Shown one piece after another: positions 33,612 through 44,113 of a stretch of DNA of 64,000 nucleotides; within the stretch, counting starts at the first letter, position 1; each line of letters begins with the position of its first letter. The notes beneath the pieces were generated by a model. The model was not told where the DNA came from. It did no database searches and saw only the letters and a program-made list of their open reading frames with translations. A program made the position numbers and the translations under genes. The stretch is taken from assembly GCA_965219955.1 (NCBI GenBank), contig OZ244799.1:896001-960000 (forward strand), given 5' to 3'. Source of the stretch: a bacterium. Its GTDB lineage: Bacteria > UBA8248.

Positions 33612-35384
33612 ATGCCGGAGATTCCAGTGCTGATGGCGAAGTCCTCTCGATTCCCCACGTTCGCGACTCGAATTTTAACTATGGTAGCGATCGTCGTAAT
33701 CTTGGCCAGTTGCGGCGGGGGAGGCGGAGGTGGCGCTAGCATGCCCAACACCGGCGGCCCGATGGTAATACCGGTGCAGCCGGAAATACCCGAGCAGCAG
33801 CCGGATGAACCCATGCCCAACACGGAGCTTGGGCAGATCACCGGATGGCGGAACAACCCGTCGGCTCAGGATCTCCTCGATCACTGGAACGATCCGGATG
33901 GTCTGCGGCAGGGAATCGGTGCGGGGCTTGTCGGGCTGAACGGTAGCGACGCCACCGCCCGCCTCGACACGTTGCGCACAATTCTGCAAGCGCCCACAGA
34001 TTCATCGGATGATTCCAAAACGCTTTTGCGCAACGTTGACATTGGATCGATGACGGTGGTCGGGGAGCGCGACGGCATCACCTATGGGCAATGGAAAAGC
34101 GGTCCTGCCGGAACGCTCGACATAGACTTTGACTATAGGTTTGCGCCGGAACTCGATTCGACCGACCGAGCGATGATCGAACGGGCCGGAAAGTCGTGGT
34201 CATGGCGACTCGGGGATGATTTCGGAATCCGTACAATCGATGCCGGTCAGCGAATTGCTCGGAGCCTAACTGTTGAAGGGATAACCCTGGAGGAGCTTCG
34301 GCTGGACGAGGAGGTGACCACGGACGGTCATCTGGTCTTCGTGGATCGCCACGACGGAACTCGAAGAAGCTTGGGAGGAAAAAGGTATAGAACAAATCAA
34401 AGCGACATCGGTAGCATTAATTTTGAGCCTCTCTTTGGTTATGTCAGGTTAGGACAACCAAGATTCGATGAAGTGAGCAGTCGAGGGAATCTCCGCCTGG
34501 TGGGTTTAATAGCGCACGAAATCGGACACACGCTTGGCATAACCTTAGGTTTAAGTAATCCCAATCTTCCTTTATACAACGAACTTGTTGATGAGCAAGC
34601 GGGCACCTTCAACGGACCAAGGGCCGTGGAGGCGAATGGTGGAAGGCCAGTGCCGTTTCAATGGCTCGACGCAAATCGCAGATCGGTTGCACCGGGAACC
34701 ATCGGCGCTTCGATAGATCCCGGTCATCTAGGACCGTGCACATCAGTCATGTCCTACTGCAGAGGAGAAAATAATCTATACGCTCCCTCGGAACTCGATT
34801 TCGCGTTTCTCGCAGACATAGGGTACGAGGTGCTCGATAAAGGAGTCGAGGAAGAGCCGGAGGTCTATGGATTTGGCGCTTGGGGTCGTTACAGCGCATG
34901 GGGCGCAGGCGTAGAACGCACTATCAGTTATCAGGAACAAATTAGCGGGGGTTTTAAGAATCTCTCGGTGCGTGACTCATTGCGTGCCGGCGCCGACGCG
35001 TTCGGCATTGCTCCGACCACGAGCCTTACCGATGAGCATGGACCGCAAGGGAGCGTAACATGGTCGGGGTCGCTCATAGGCGTCGACCTGGGGAGTCCGC
35101 GCCTCGCGCCTGTTTTCGGAGTTGCGGAAGTCACAGTAGATTTGACAAGCCTCGACGGCACCGCCGAATTCAACAACCTCACGGTGGTCAATGACGGTCA
35201 GGCCGCCGCCTTTCGTATGTCGAACCTGAACTATGCCATCGAAGTGACGGGTAATACCTTCTCGGACTCGGGAGGTCGAATCGGGGGAGGCTTCTTCGGG
35301 CCGGCCCAGGAGGAAATGGCCGGCGTGCTTCGTGACGAGGCGACAAACGTCAATCTCCTGGGCGGATTCGGGGGCAAGCGTTGA
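33612..35384 (+). CDS. Surface lipoprotein: HEXXH metalloprotease plus TbpB-like beta-barrel
   Basis: LASC + poly-Gly; AHEIGHTLG; GHLGPCTSVMSYC; GGFFGPAQEEMAGV..GGFGGKR. Confidence 0.8.
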   Translation: MPEIPVLMAKSSRFPTFATRILTMVAIVVILASCGGGGGGGASMPNTGGPMVIPVQPEIPEQQPDEPMPNTELGQITGWRNNPSAQDLLDHWNDPDGLRQGIGAGLVGLNGSDATARLDTLRTILQAPTDSSDDSKTLLRNVDIGSMTVVGERDGITYGQWKSGPAGTLDIDFDYRFAPELDSTDRAMIERAGKSWSWRLGDDFGIRTIDAGQRIARSLTVEGITLEELRLDEEVTTDGHLVFVDRHDGTRRSLGGKRYRTNQSDIGSINFEPLFGYVRLGQPRFDEVSSRGNLRLVGLIAHEIGHTLGITLGLSNPNLPLYNELVDEQAGTFNGPRAVEANGGRPVPFQWLDANRRSVAPGTIGASIDPGHLGPCTSVMSYCRGENNLYAPSELDFAFLADIGYEVLDKGVEEEPEVYGFGAWGRYSAWGAGVERTISYQEQISGGFKNLSVRDSLRAGADAFGIAPTTSLTDEHGPQGSVTWSGSLIGVDLGSPRLAPVFGVAEVTVDLTSLDGTAEFNNLTVVNDGQAAAFRMSNLNYAIEVTGNTFSDSGGRIGGGFFGPAQEEMAGVLRDEATNVNLLGGFGGKR

Positions 35385-35508
35385 TGTATGGAGCGATTTT
35401 CGTCAGTGAAGATAATGCATATAGAGACCGTCACCGGGCGAATTCCGGCGAACGTGGAACCTGACAACGCGGGAATTCCATTTTATGTGAATCAACGAAG
35501 GAGCAGAC

Positions 35509-36180
35509 ATGAGTACCCTGCGTATTGCAGCGCTTTTCATTCTGACGGTCGTGTTTTCCCTTGGCATCTATACGCCGGCATGGGCCTGGAACGAAGAGAC
35601 GACGGCGGACAGCTTCCACAAGATTGCATGCGCGGGCTACCCGCCGAGTTCGTCACCTTGGCATGTGGGAAACCTCTATGATTGCGGGGCCCGCGAGATG
35701 TTCGTTCCCTACCAGCTATGGACGGGTGCGGAGTGGGACGGCCGCAAGGACGGTCCCTGCATGCACAAGGCCGACACCACCTTCACTGTCAACAACAGGA
35801 GCGAGACGAGGATATGGGGGCCCAAGAAATGGCGCAATCCGAAAACGGACAAAGAAGAAATGGTTTGGGTGCGAGAAAAAGTCCAGGGATTTAAGGAGCA
35901 GTACTTCAACTGTCATGAAAAAGGGATTGGCAGGCTTTACGACAGCAGGCGCCCACGTTATTACCGGACCGGGCGTTGCAAGTTCCCTGCCGGGCAGGGT
36001 TGGAAAATTCGCTCGAAGAGGGACTGCGTCAAAACTTCGTTGAATATCACCCACGTCGGTCTGGATGATAAAGGCCACCTGAGCGAGCTTGAGTTCGAGT
36101 ATTGGTCCAGGCGGGACAGGCTGGATCACATCTACCGCTACGTCCCGAATCAGGGGATGACGAACGCCTGGAAGCAGTGA
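35509..36180 (+). CDS. Secreted Cys/Trp-rich hypothetical protein
   Basis: AAGGAG RBS, signal peptide ending AWA, 7 Cys. Confidence 0.7.
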   Translation: MSTLRIAALFILTVVFSLGIYTPAWAWNEETTADSFHKIACAGYPPSSSPWHVGNLYDCGAREMFVPYQLWTGAEWDGRKDGPCMHKADTTFTVNNRSETRIWGPKKWRNPKTDKEEMVWVREKVQGFKEQYFNCHEKGIGRLYDSRRPRYYRTGRCKFPAGQGWKIRSKRDCVKTSLNITHVGLDDKGHLSELEFEYWSRRDRLDHIYRYVPNQGMTNAWKQ

Positions 36181-36208
36181 AACGCCCCGATCAGACATAA
36201 TCTGGAGG

Positions 36209-36967
36209 ATGCCCATGACCAGAATCTTTTTGCTTAGCGTATGCCTTGCGCTTGCGGCTCTCGCACCCATGACGGCCTATGGAGCTACAACCGAGCGCGG
36301 CGCCATCACCGTTGACGGCAAGCGGTACCGCACGGAGCTTCACCTGCCGAAGGCGGCCGGCCCCGTCCCGCTGGTGGTCATGATTCCGGGAACTTCCGGG
36401 GTCGACCGGAGGCAGGCGTTTTACCGGTCGCACCTGCTGCGCGCTGGGATAGGGACATTCGTTTTAGACATCAAGACCGGCATCTTCAGGAGCCGCCGCG
36501 ACCGCCCCCCGGCGGATGACAACATACCGGTGGTGCTGGAGGCCGCGCGACAGATTCGCAAACGCGCCGACGTGGACGGCAAGCGTATCGGGATCATGGG
36601 TTGGTCTTACGGCGGCACGGTGGCGTTTCGTATGGTGAATACCGAAAAGACGCCTGCTCCGGTCTTCGCCGCCCACGTGGGAATCTACGGCGGGTGCACG
36701 CGCAGCACCAGGGTGAGTTTGTACAATCTTCCGATGCTGATGCTGATGGGCACCGCCGACACGTATGTGGACCCCGACAGGTGCTTTCAATTCCAGCACA
36801 ACCACAACGTGCCCGTGATTTTCTTTGAAGGCGCGCATCACGGGTACGACAAGAAGGGAGTGAACCGCAACCGGCGCGGCCGGATCATGAGATGGGATGA
36901 AGATGCGGCCCACAAATCCCGCGATCACGTGGTGCGGTTCTTCAAGAAGCACTTGATATCTCAATAA
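36209..36967 (+). CDS. Secreted dienelactone hydrolase-family alpha/beta hydrolase
   Basis: Signal peptide; RIGIMGWSYGG; G.AD; GAHHGYD. Confidence 0.85.
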   Translation: MPMTRIFLLSVCLALAALAPMTAYGATTERGAITVDGKRYRTELHLPKAAGPVPLVVMIPGTSGVDRRQAFYRSHLLRAGIGTFVLDIKTGIFRSRRDRPPADDNIPVVLEAARQIRKRADVDGKRIGIMGWSYGGTVAFRMVNTEKTPAPVFAAHVGIYGGCTRSTRVSLYNLPMLMLMGTADTYVDPDRCFQFQHNHNVPVIFFEGAHHGYDKKGVNRNRRGRIMRWDEDAAHKSRDHVVRFFKKHLISQ

Positions 36968-37109
36968 CAGGCAATAGACACTGCCTGGGGATAACGCAAA
37001 TCATTATTCTTAAACGCGACCCATTCATTTGTTCGTAATTTAGGCGGTGGGATTCTGCCTGAGCGGGATGGGCGTGTTCGCGCTCCTCCTCGGGAAACCC
37101 GACCCCCAG

Positions 37110-37526
37110 GCGGCTGTTGAAAAAGTTCCTTGGAGCGATTTTGGTTGAGGCAAGTTTTTGAAGTTCACTCCCCCTTGAGGGTCTGTTGAAAAAGCCTTGA
37201 TGAACGAGGGATGGCGAATTATGGCCGCGCTCGCCGCGGATGAAAATTTCAACCGTAGGGGCGGGCCTCCGTGCCCGCCCGTATCGGGAATGTCCATGCC
37301 CGTAAGAGGCCTCGGACAGGCACGGAGGCCTGTCCCTACTAAACCATCACGTCTGCGACCTCCGTAAACCGCCGACGCCTCTCTCCTCACCCTGAGTAGC
37401 CGCCGAAGGCGGCGTATCGAAGGGCGAGAGGGGGTCGAACGCCTCGCGCCGGGCGAGAGGGCATCCTTCGATACGCGGCTCCGCCGCTACTCAGGATGAG
37501 GCGGATAGGGGTTTTTCAACAGCCCC
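37110..37526. repeat. Nested MITE shell carrying GTAG-REP and CCTGAG..TCGAAGGG palindromes
   Basis: Left ends at 37110 and 37179 (..CTGTTGAAAAA); right end TTTTTCAACAGCCCC ending at 37526. Confidence 0.8.
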
Positions 37527-37582
37527 GATAGGGAGGATTCGATCTTCACGGGGGCATGCGGTTTGCGGTTGCTTCCGGCGCC

Positions 37583-39205
37583 CTAGTGCCCGCCGCGGGC
37601 CTCGGCGGTGATGAGTTCCAGGATCTCCTGGCTGGTTATCGCGCCCACGAACTCGCCCGATTCGCGCTCCATCACCGGCAAGACCGTCAGGGAGTTTTCC
37701 GTCATCCGCTGCAGGGCGTCCTCCACGTGCTCGTCCGGCCATGTGTTCAGCTCGGTTTCCCGCGCGATCTTGCCGAGCGGGGTATCGGGCCACGAATGCC
37801 TGGGAAGATAGCGGAGCATCGCGAGCGACACGATGCCGACCAGCACGTCCCCCTCCGCCACCACGTAGTCCTGCTGGTGGGTCGCGATCCACTCCTCCGC
37901 GAACTCGCGCACCGTGAGCCCGGGACCCGGATAGCCGCGCGTGCGGTCGATGACGTCGCCCACGGTGATGTCTTCCAGGGCGAACCGGACAAGCGCGGGC
38001 GGCAGGGTCGGCGGCGGCGTGAACCGTCCGGAGGGCTTGGCGCGGCTCACCGCGAAGCTGATGACCGGCGGCGCGAAAAGGATGTAGGCCAGCATGATGA
38101 AAACGAACAGCGAGAAAACGGCCTGCCCGATGACCTCGTGCTCCAGGAGCACGAGCAGGACGGCGATCTCCGCCACGCCCTTGGCCATGAGTCCCGTCGA
38201 GAAGGCGAAAGGCGAATCGATCCGCGCCACCAGTGCGCCCAGAGCCGCGCCGGCGAACTTTCCGAGCAGGGGGACCACCACCAGCGCCGCAATGGTCAAC
38301 GCCGGCAACCCGGTGAACGAGAGGCTCAGGTGCAGTCCGGCCGAGGAGAAGAAAAGGGGCACGAAAAACCCGTCGGCGATGCTCTTCAAGCTCGGGACGA
38401 TCTCGCGCTGCACCTGATGGGGCAGCCTCGCCAGGGCGACGCCCAGGAGCAGGGCGCCGAGAGAGCCGTGCAGGCCGAGCCTTTCGGCGCACACGACCGA
38501 AACGAGCAGGATGCCCAGGATGATGCCGAAAGAAAGCTGGGGGACGCGCAGCAGACGCTCCAGATACACGATCAGCAGCGGAATGACCCGCCCCGCCAGT
38601 ACCCATGTCACCACGATGAAGGCGGCGATCTGCCCCAGCAGGAGGAGCACCCCCGTCCAGCTCAGGGAGTGGGCGTGCTCGCCGATGGTCATTCCCACCA
38701 TCAGCAGCACCAGCAACTCGGCGATGAGCGCGGTGGTGAACAGCTCGATCCCGATGGGTTCCCGCAGGCGGTCGGTGTCGATCAGCACCTTGGCGAGGAC
38801 GCCCAGACTCGTCAGCGCCAAAACACCCGCGAGAGCCAGCGAGCCGTTGAAATCGAGCCCGAGCCCGAAATCGTGGAACAGGTCGAAGGTGATCGCCAGA
38901 GACGCCATGATGGGAATGATGACCGAAATGACGGCAGCCACGAAGAACCGCCCGCTCAGGGCCGCCATGAACCCCGTGACGTCGATCTCGTCCAGGCCGA
39001 TGAGGAAGAAATAGAGGAAGATGCCGAGGGCCAGGAAGATTTGGATGTAGCCGTTGAGTTCGACGAGGCCCAGAACGGGGCCGAGAAGGACGCCCGTCGC
39101 CATGTACGCGACGATCGAGTTCAGCCGGAAACGCCGGAAAATGCCCTCGGCCAGCTTGGCGACGACAATCAGCAGGCCGATGGAGAGTAGCGCATCTTCA
39201 AGCAT
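37583..39205 (-). CDS. Cation:proton antiporter (CPA2) with C-terminal CBS domains, copy 1
   Basis: Many TM segments; FLIGL.E.D, LGHGSLGA-like motif, FFVPLFF..AGL; CBS pair (LVGIVS, FVGAIT). Confidence 0.88.
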   Translation of the reverse strand: MLEDALLSIGLLIVVAKLAEGIFRRFRLNSIVAYMATGVLLGPVLGLVELNGYIQIFLALGIFLYFFLIGLDEIDVTGFMAALSGRFFVAAVISVIIPIMASLAITFDLFHDFGLGLDFNGSLALAGVLALTSLGVLAKVLIDTDRLREPIGIELFTTALIAELLVLLMVGMTIGEHAHSLSWTGVLLLLGQIAAFIVVTWVLAGRVIPLLIVYLERLLRVPQLSFGIILGILLVSVVCAERLGLHGSLGALLLGVALARLPHQVQREIVPSLKSIADGFFVPLFFSSAGLHLSLSFTGLPALTIAALVVVPLLGKFAGAALGALVARIDSPFAFSTGLMAKGVAEIAVLLVLLEHEVIGQAVFSLFVFIMLAYILFAPPVISFAVSRAKPSGRFTPPPTLPPALVRFALEDITVGDVIDRTRGYPGPGLTVREFAEEWIATHQQDYVVAEGDVLVGIVSLAMLRYLPRHSWPDTPLGKIARETELNTWPDEHVEDALQRMTENSLTVLPVMERESGEFVGAITSQEILELITAEARGGH

Positions 39206-39339
39206 GTCTTGTTCCGTGGTCGAGAGTGGTGTGGCTACGTAAAAAATCAAACATGTTGAACGATCGGTTCGAATCGAAGTTTATCCAATCTACGCCGTTT
39301 TTCAATAGCCGCGCAAGTTTTTTTCTCCCCGGCGGGGAG

Positions 39340-40100
39340 GAAAGACGTCCGAGCGAGGAGGCGAAAAAGCAAGGCGAAAATGGATTCCGGCTTTCGCCGG
39401 AATGACGGCCAAAACCCGAAACCGGGCGGAGCCGTAGGGACGGATATATTCGCGCATCGCCAGGACGTAACCGTAGGGACAACCCTCCGTGGTTGTCCTT
39501 CGCCAGGACAGGCGCGGAGGCCTGTCCCTACGGTGAACAATTCGATGATCGGGGTTCCCTCCCTGAAGGGATTGTGGCAAAAGTCGTTCCTGATCGGAAT
39601 TGGCCACCACCGTCATTCCGGCGAAAGCCGGAATCCATTTTATGCTTTTTGCTTATTTTCGCATTTGATTCTGACTCTCGGAAAGGAACGCCGCGCCCGA
39701 AGCCCGAACGGGTGAAGCGGATATATATGGCGGCGTCCGTATTTTCCCGGTCGGGAGAGAGGACGGCTAAGCGAAAGACCAAAGACAAAGGCGAAAATGG
39801 ATTCCGGCTTTCGCCGGAATGACGAACAAAAGCGAAGGTCAATCCCAAGCGAAGCGAGACTTTTTCAACAGGCCCCTCAAGGGGGGAGGGATTCTTGCTC
39901 CCTCATCGGTTGCCCCAAACCCTCATCCTGAGTAGGCGCGCAAGCGCCGTATCGAAGGATGGAAGGCGCAAACTTCGCCCTCTCGCCCGGCGCGAGGCTT
40001 GCCCTTCGATACGCCGCCATCGGCGGCTACTCAGGGTGAGGAATGAGGCGTTGGCGGTTTGCGAGGGGGGGGTGGGTCAGGCTGTTTCAACAAACCCCTC
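39340..40100. repeat. REP/MITE cluster between the duplicated antiporters
   Basis: ATTCCGGC..GCCGGAAT palindromes at ~39381, 39612, 39798; GTAG pair 39473-39531; CCTGAG..CTCAGG 39921-40041; TTTCAACA ends. Confidence 0.8.
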
Positions 40101-40126
40101 GAGGCGGGAGTGATTCTCCCGGCTCG

Positions 40127-41749
40127 CTAATGCGCGCCGCGGGCCTCGGCGGTCATGAGCTCCAGTATCTCCTGGCTGGAAATCGCGCCCACGAACGTGC
40201 GTGACTCCCGCTCGAGGACCGGCATCACCGTCAGAGAGTACTCCATCATCCGGTGCAGGGCGTTCTCCACGTGCTCGTCCGGCCAGGTGTTCGGTGTGTT
40301 CTCCCGCGCGATCTGGCCGATCGGGGTGTCGAACCAGGAGTCCTTGGGCAGGTAGCCGAGCATCGAGAGCGACACGATGCCGACCAGCGTGCCGTTTTCC
40401 GAGACCACGTAGTCGTGCTGATGGGGCACGATCCACTCGTCGGCGAATTTCCGCACCGAGAGTTCCGGGCCCGGATAGGCATGCGTCCGGTCGATGACGT
40501 CGCCGACGGTGATGTCGTCCAGGGCGAACCGGACAAGCGCGGGCGGCAGGGTCTCGGGCGGCGTGAACCGCCCGGAGGGCCTGGCGCGGCTCACGGCGAA
40601 ACCGATGAGCGGCGGCGAGAAAAGGATGTAGGTCAGCATGATGAGAACGAGCAGCGAGAATACGGGCCGCCCGATGACGTCGTGTTCGTGGAGCACCAGC
40701 AGAATGGCGATTTCGACGACGCCCTTGGCCATCAGCCCGGTCGCGATGGTGAAAGGCGCGTCGAGCCGCGCCACGAGCGCGCCCAGGGACGCCCCGGCGA
40801 ACTTCGCGACCAGCGGGACCACCATCAGGGCTGCGATGGTCAGCAGGGGCAACTCGGTGAACGAGAGGTCCAGATGCAGCCCCGCCGAAGTGAAGAAAAG
40901 GGGCACGAAAAACCCGTCGGCGATGCTCTTGAGGCTCGGGACTATCTCGCGCTGCACCTGATGCGGGAGCCTCGAGAGGGCGACGCCGAAGACGAGCGCT
41001 CCCAGAGAGCCGTGCAGGCCGAACTTTTCGGCGAACACGACCACGATGAGCAGAATGCCGAGGATCAGGCCGAACGAAAGATGGGGCACGCGCAGCAGGC
41101 GTTCCAGCAACTCGATCAGGCGCGGAATAACCCGGCCCGCCAGCACCCAGGTCACCACGATGAAGCCCGCGATCTGCCCCAGCAGGATGAGCACCCCCGT
41201 CCAGTTCAGGGCGTGGGTGAACTCGCCGATGGTCAACCCCACCATGAGCAGCAACAGCAATTCGGCGATGAGCGCGGTCGTGAACATCTCGATCCCGATG
41301 GGCTGCCGCAGGCGGTCGGTGTCGATCAGCACCTTGGCGAGGACGCCCAGGCTGGTCAGGGACAGGACGCCCGCGAGAGCCAGCGCACCGTCGAAGTCGA
41401 GCCGCAACCCGAAATCGTGAAGCAAGTCCAGGGTGATGACCAGGGAGGCCAGGAGGGGGATGATGACCGAGATGAGCGCGGCGACGAAGAATCGTCCGCG
41501 CAGGGCCGCCATGAATCCCGTGACGTCGATCTCGTCCAGACCGATGAGAAAGAAATAGAGGAAGATGCCGAGTCCCAGCAGGACGTATAGCTGCTCGCTG
41601 AGGTCGACGAACCCCAGAACGGGTCCGAGAAGGACGCCCGTCGCCATGTACGCGATGATCGAACTCAGCCGCAAACGCCGGAAAATGCCCTCGGCCAACT
41701 TGGCGACGACGATCAGCAGGCCGACAGAGAGTAACGCATTTTCAAGCAT
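40127..41749 (-). CDS. Cation:proton antiporter (CPA2) with CBS domains, copy 2
   Basis: Colinear, same-length paralogue of 37583-39205. Confidence 0.88.
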   Translation of the reverse strand: MLENALLSVGLLIVVAKLAEGIFRRLRLSSIIAYMATGVLLGPVLGFVDLSEQLYVLLGLGIFLYFFLIGLDEIDVTGFMAALRGRFFVAALISVIIPLLASLVITLDLLHDFGLRLDFDGALALAGVLSLTSLGVLAKVLIDTDRLRQPIGIEMFTTALIAELLLLLMVGLTIGEFTHALNWTGVLILLGQIAGFIVVTWVLAGRVIPRLIELLERLLRVPHLSFGLILGILLIVVVFAEKFGLHGSLGALVFGVALSRLPHQVQREIVPSLKSIADGFFVPLFFTSAGLHLDLSFTELPLLTIAALMVVPLVAKFAGASLGALVARLDAPFTIATGLMAKGVVEIAILLVLHEHDVIGRPVFSLLVLIMLTYILFSPPLIGFAVSRARPSGRFTPPETLPPALVRFALDDITVGDVIDRTHAYPGPELSVRKFADEWIVPHQHDYVVSENGTLVGIVSLSMLGYLPKDSWFDTPIGQIARENTPNTWPDEHVENALHRMMEYSLTVMPVLERESRTFVGAISSQEILELMTAEARGAH

Positions 41750-42228
41750 GCTTTGGTCCGTGGTCGAGAGTGGTGCGCCGTACGCGAAAATCAAACATAT
41801 TACACGACCGTTTCCGATCGAGGTTCATCCAATCTACGCCGTCTCATAACGGCCGCGCAAGTTTGTTTCTCCCCGGCGGGGAGTGAAGATACCACCATCC
41901 GAATGTTACACGGTAGCCGGCCAGGTGGGGGGAGCCGTGTCTACGGGTTCGTCTCGATACGCGTGGTTTCCGTAGTGACAGGTCCCTGTGCCTGTCAAAG
42001 GTCGCGACTTGTCCGAAGCCCCGGCTTGCCCGTCTTCGTCTCGCCCGTTGTTCCTGGCCCGGCCCTGAGCTAACCTGCCGGGGAACCATCTGCATGAGGC
42101 CCGTCGAACCAGAGGTGGAATGCGGAAAGCATGACGAAGTGCGCCCCGTAAGGAACGCATCTTGAGCCTGGCGCTACCTGCGTGCGGGGCCGTGCATCTG
42201 AAACCGAAATCAATCGGAGGAACGCGGG

Positions 42229-43170
42229 ATGCTGAACACGGGGGACCGGCTTTCGATTCTTGCGGCAGTCGTGTCGTTCCTGATGATGTTGTCCGGTTGT
42301 GGCGGCGGCGGCCAGGGCGCCGGGTCCGTGATTCTGGAGACGAATGAAATCGAAAGCGTTTTGAACGGTTTACGGAGCGATTCGAAATCTCCCGCGTTGG
42401 CTCGATTCGGCGCTGATCCTCCTCCTCCTGACTCTGCTACGTGCGCGGCGCTGCTCATAGGATGCGAAGGAGGGCTCGGGCCGGTTCACTACGGGGCGGT
42501 CGGCGAGTTCGACTTTTCCGGCTTTCATTTCGTCGAACGCCGTCGCGGCGTGTCTCTGGCGGAAAGGGCGCGCGTTTCAGGAGAAGGAGGCGATACTGCC
42601 AACTACCGCGCCCTGGCCGGCTGGATCGACCATAGTTTTTTCCTGGTCAAGACGCCCGGAATCGAGGTGGCGTCTGAAGAAAACCGGGTTTCCGCAAATT
42701 ACTATGGCGCCTATTCGATAGGAAACGCGACAGGTTCGAATCCCGATGTTCTGGTCGGCGGCGCCGCGACGTGGTCCGGGGTTATGGTCGGTATCCGTAT
42801 TGCCGAGCCGGATGGTTTCGTCAAGGGCGATGCCGAAATAACGGTTTCCCGTCCGGGAGGAAATCCTGATCTGCTGGTCGATGTCGAGTTCGCGAACATG
42901 AAAGACGAACGAACGGGTGTCCGTTTCGATAATGTTTCCTGGGAAGGGCTGGCGCTCAAGGACGGATCGTTCGGAGTCGTGCCCGTCGGCGGCGACGAGG
43001 CGGACGTCAGCCGGCATCCTGCGAGGAGAGGCATTTCCGGCCGGTTCTATGGCCAAAACCATGAGGAAGTGGGCGGCTTGTTCAGTTTCAGGGCGTCTGT
43101 TGCTGAAAACGACAGGGTCGGTGGAGATATTCATGATGTTTCCGGCGCATTCGGAGCCAGACGCGACTAG
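42229..43170 (+). CDS. Lipoprotein with TbpB-like C-terminal beta-barrel (no protease motif)
   Basis: LSGC-GGGG; ATWSG.M.G; ISGRFYGQNHEEVGGLF; GAFGARRD. Confidence 0.75.
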   Translation: MLNTGDRLSILAAVVSFLMMLSGCGGGGQGAGSVILETNEIESVLNGLRSDSKSPALARFGADPPPPDSATCAALLIGCEGGLGPVHYGAVGEFDFSGFHFVERRRGVSLAERARVSGEGGDTANYRALAGWIDHSFFLVKTPGIEVASEENRVSANYYGAYSIGNATGSNPDVLVGGAATWSGVMVGIRIAEPDGFVKGDAEITVSRPGGNPDLLVDVEFANMKDERTGVRFDNVSWEGLALKDGSFGVVPVGGDEADVSRHPARRGISGRFYGQNHEEVGGLFSFRASVAENDRVGGDIHDVSGAFGARRD

Positions 43171-43258
43171 CCCGGCCGTTGCGTGAAGGTGAAGGCATTT
43201 TGTTTTTCTTCGATGAAACGAATATAACGCCTGAAACGAAAGGCAAAAGCAAATTCCC

Positions 43259-43328
43259 TGGATTCCGGCTTTCGCCGGAATGACGAACAAAACCACACTT
43301 CCTCGTAGTGGGCCGTTCTTGTGAGCGG
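43259..43328. repeat. REP copy with conserved flank
   Basis: TGGATTCCGGCTTTCGCCGGAATGACGAACAAAACC..CCTCGTAGTGGG, near-identical to 51945-52012. Confidence 0.75.
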
Positions 43329-43351
43329 TCCTCATTCACGAAAGCGCGGGT

Positions 43352-43380
43352 TTGACAGCGGACGTGATATTCCCTATATT
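43352..43380 (+). promoter_or_regulatory. sigma70 promoter of the toxin-antitoxin operon
   Basis: TTGACA-17 nt-TATATT. Confidence 0.7.
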
Positions 43381-43424
43381 TTTTAATCTAATGGATCTCA
43401 CGCCTCGTCCTGGAGGGTGGCCGC

Positions 43425-44099
43425 ATGAGTGAAGCATTGTCCCTGATCGATCTGACGCCCGGCGAAATCGAGCGGCTGCCCGCCAGTCTGCGGAGGAGGA
43501 TCGGTGGTTCCTCGCGCCCGAAGGATTCCCTGCCCGGCGCTTGGCTCCTCGTGGGCGAACGCACGGAGGGGCGGGCGGAACTGCTCGAACGGGCGCTCGA
43601 AGCGCTACCTGCCCTTGCGGCTGAACGCGGATATCGGTTATCCGAGGCGAATATCGAGAAAATACTCGACGTCATTCTCTCGGACGCGCCCCGCCCCCGG
43701 GTCGAGAATGAACTCGAAATCGACAACGCCAGGCTGCGTTCCCGGTATCTCCAGGAAACGCCCCTTTTGACCGGGGCCGAGGTTCGCGCCGCTTCGGGTC
43801 TCAACCCGCGCAACAGGAGCGAGCCCGCCTCCCGCTGGAAACGGGAGGGCAAACTGTTCGCGGTGCGCCGCTCGGGCGTTGACCACTATCCGGCCTTTCA
43901 GTTTGCCGACGGAGCTCCGCGCCCGGTCATTAAGGCGATTCTCGCCGCTCTTCCGAAGGACATGACCGCTTGGCAAATCGCCATGTGGTTCGCATCCGGC
44001 AACGGCTGGCTGGACGGCGACGAGCCGCAGGAGCGCCTCTCCGACCCGGACGCCGTCGTCGAAGCGGCCCGGAGGCTTGCCGATCCGGTGCTCGGGTAG
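43425..44099 (+). CDS. Putative antitoxin (Xre/MbcA/ParS-like C-terminal domain)
   Basis: W......F......YPAFQF middle region; WFASGNGWLDG..P...L C-terminus; directly upstream of a RES gene. Confidence 0.75.
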   Translation: MSEALSLIDLTPGEIERLPASLRRRIGGSSRPKDSLPGAWLLVGERTEGRAELLERALEALPALAAERGYRLSEANIEKILDVILSDAPRPRVENELEIDNARLRSRYLQETPLLTGAEVRAASGLNPRNRSEPASRWKREGKLFAVRRSGVDHYPAFQFADGAPRPVIKAILAALPKDMTAWQIAMWFASGNGWLDGDEPQERLSDPDAVVEAARRLADPVLG

Positions 44100-44113
44100 G
44101 GCGTGTTCGCTGG

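Noticed and set aside
39198-39848. Short ORFs containing VIPAKAGI / RHSGESRNP / MDSGFRRND
   Set aside because: Translations of the REP palindrome, not genes
37556-41590. Long antisense ORFs (also 6339-7853, 29378-30976, 48572-50053 and others)
   Set aside because: Shadow frames of high-GC genes with no protein motifs
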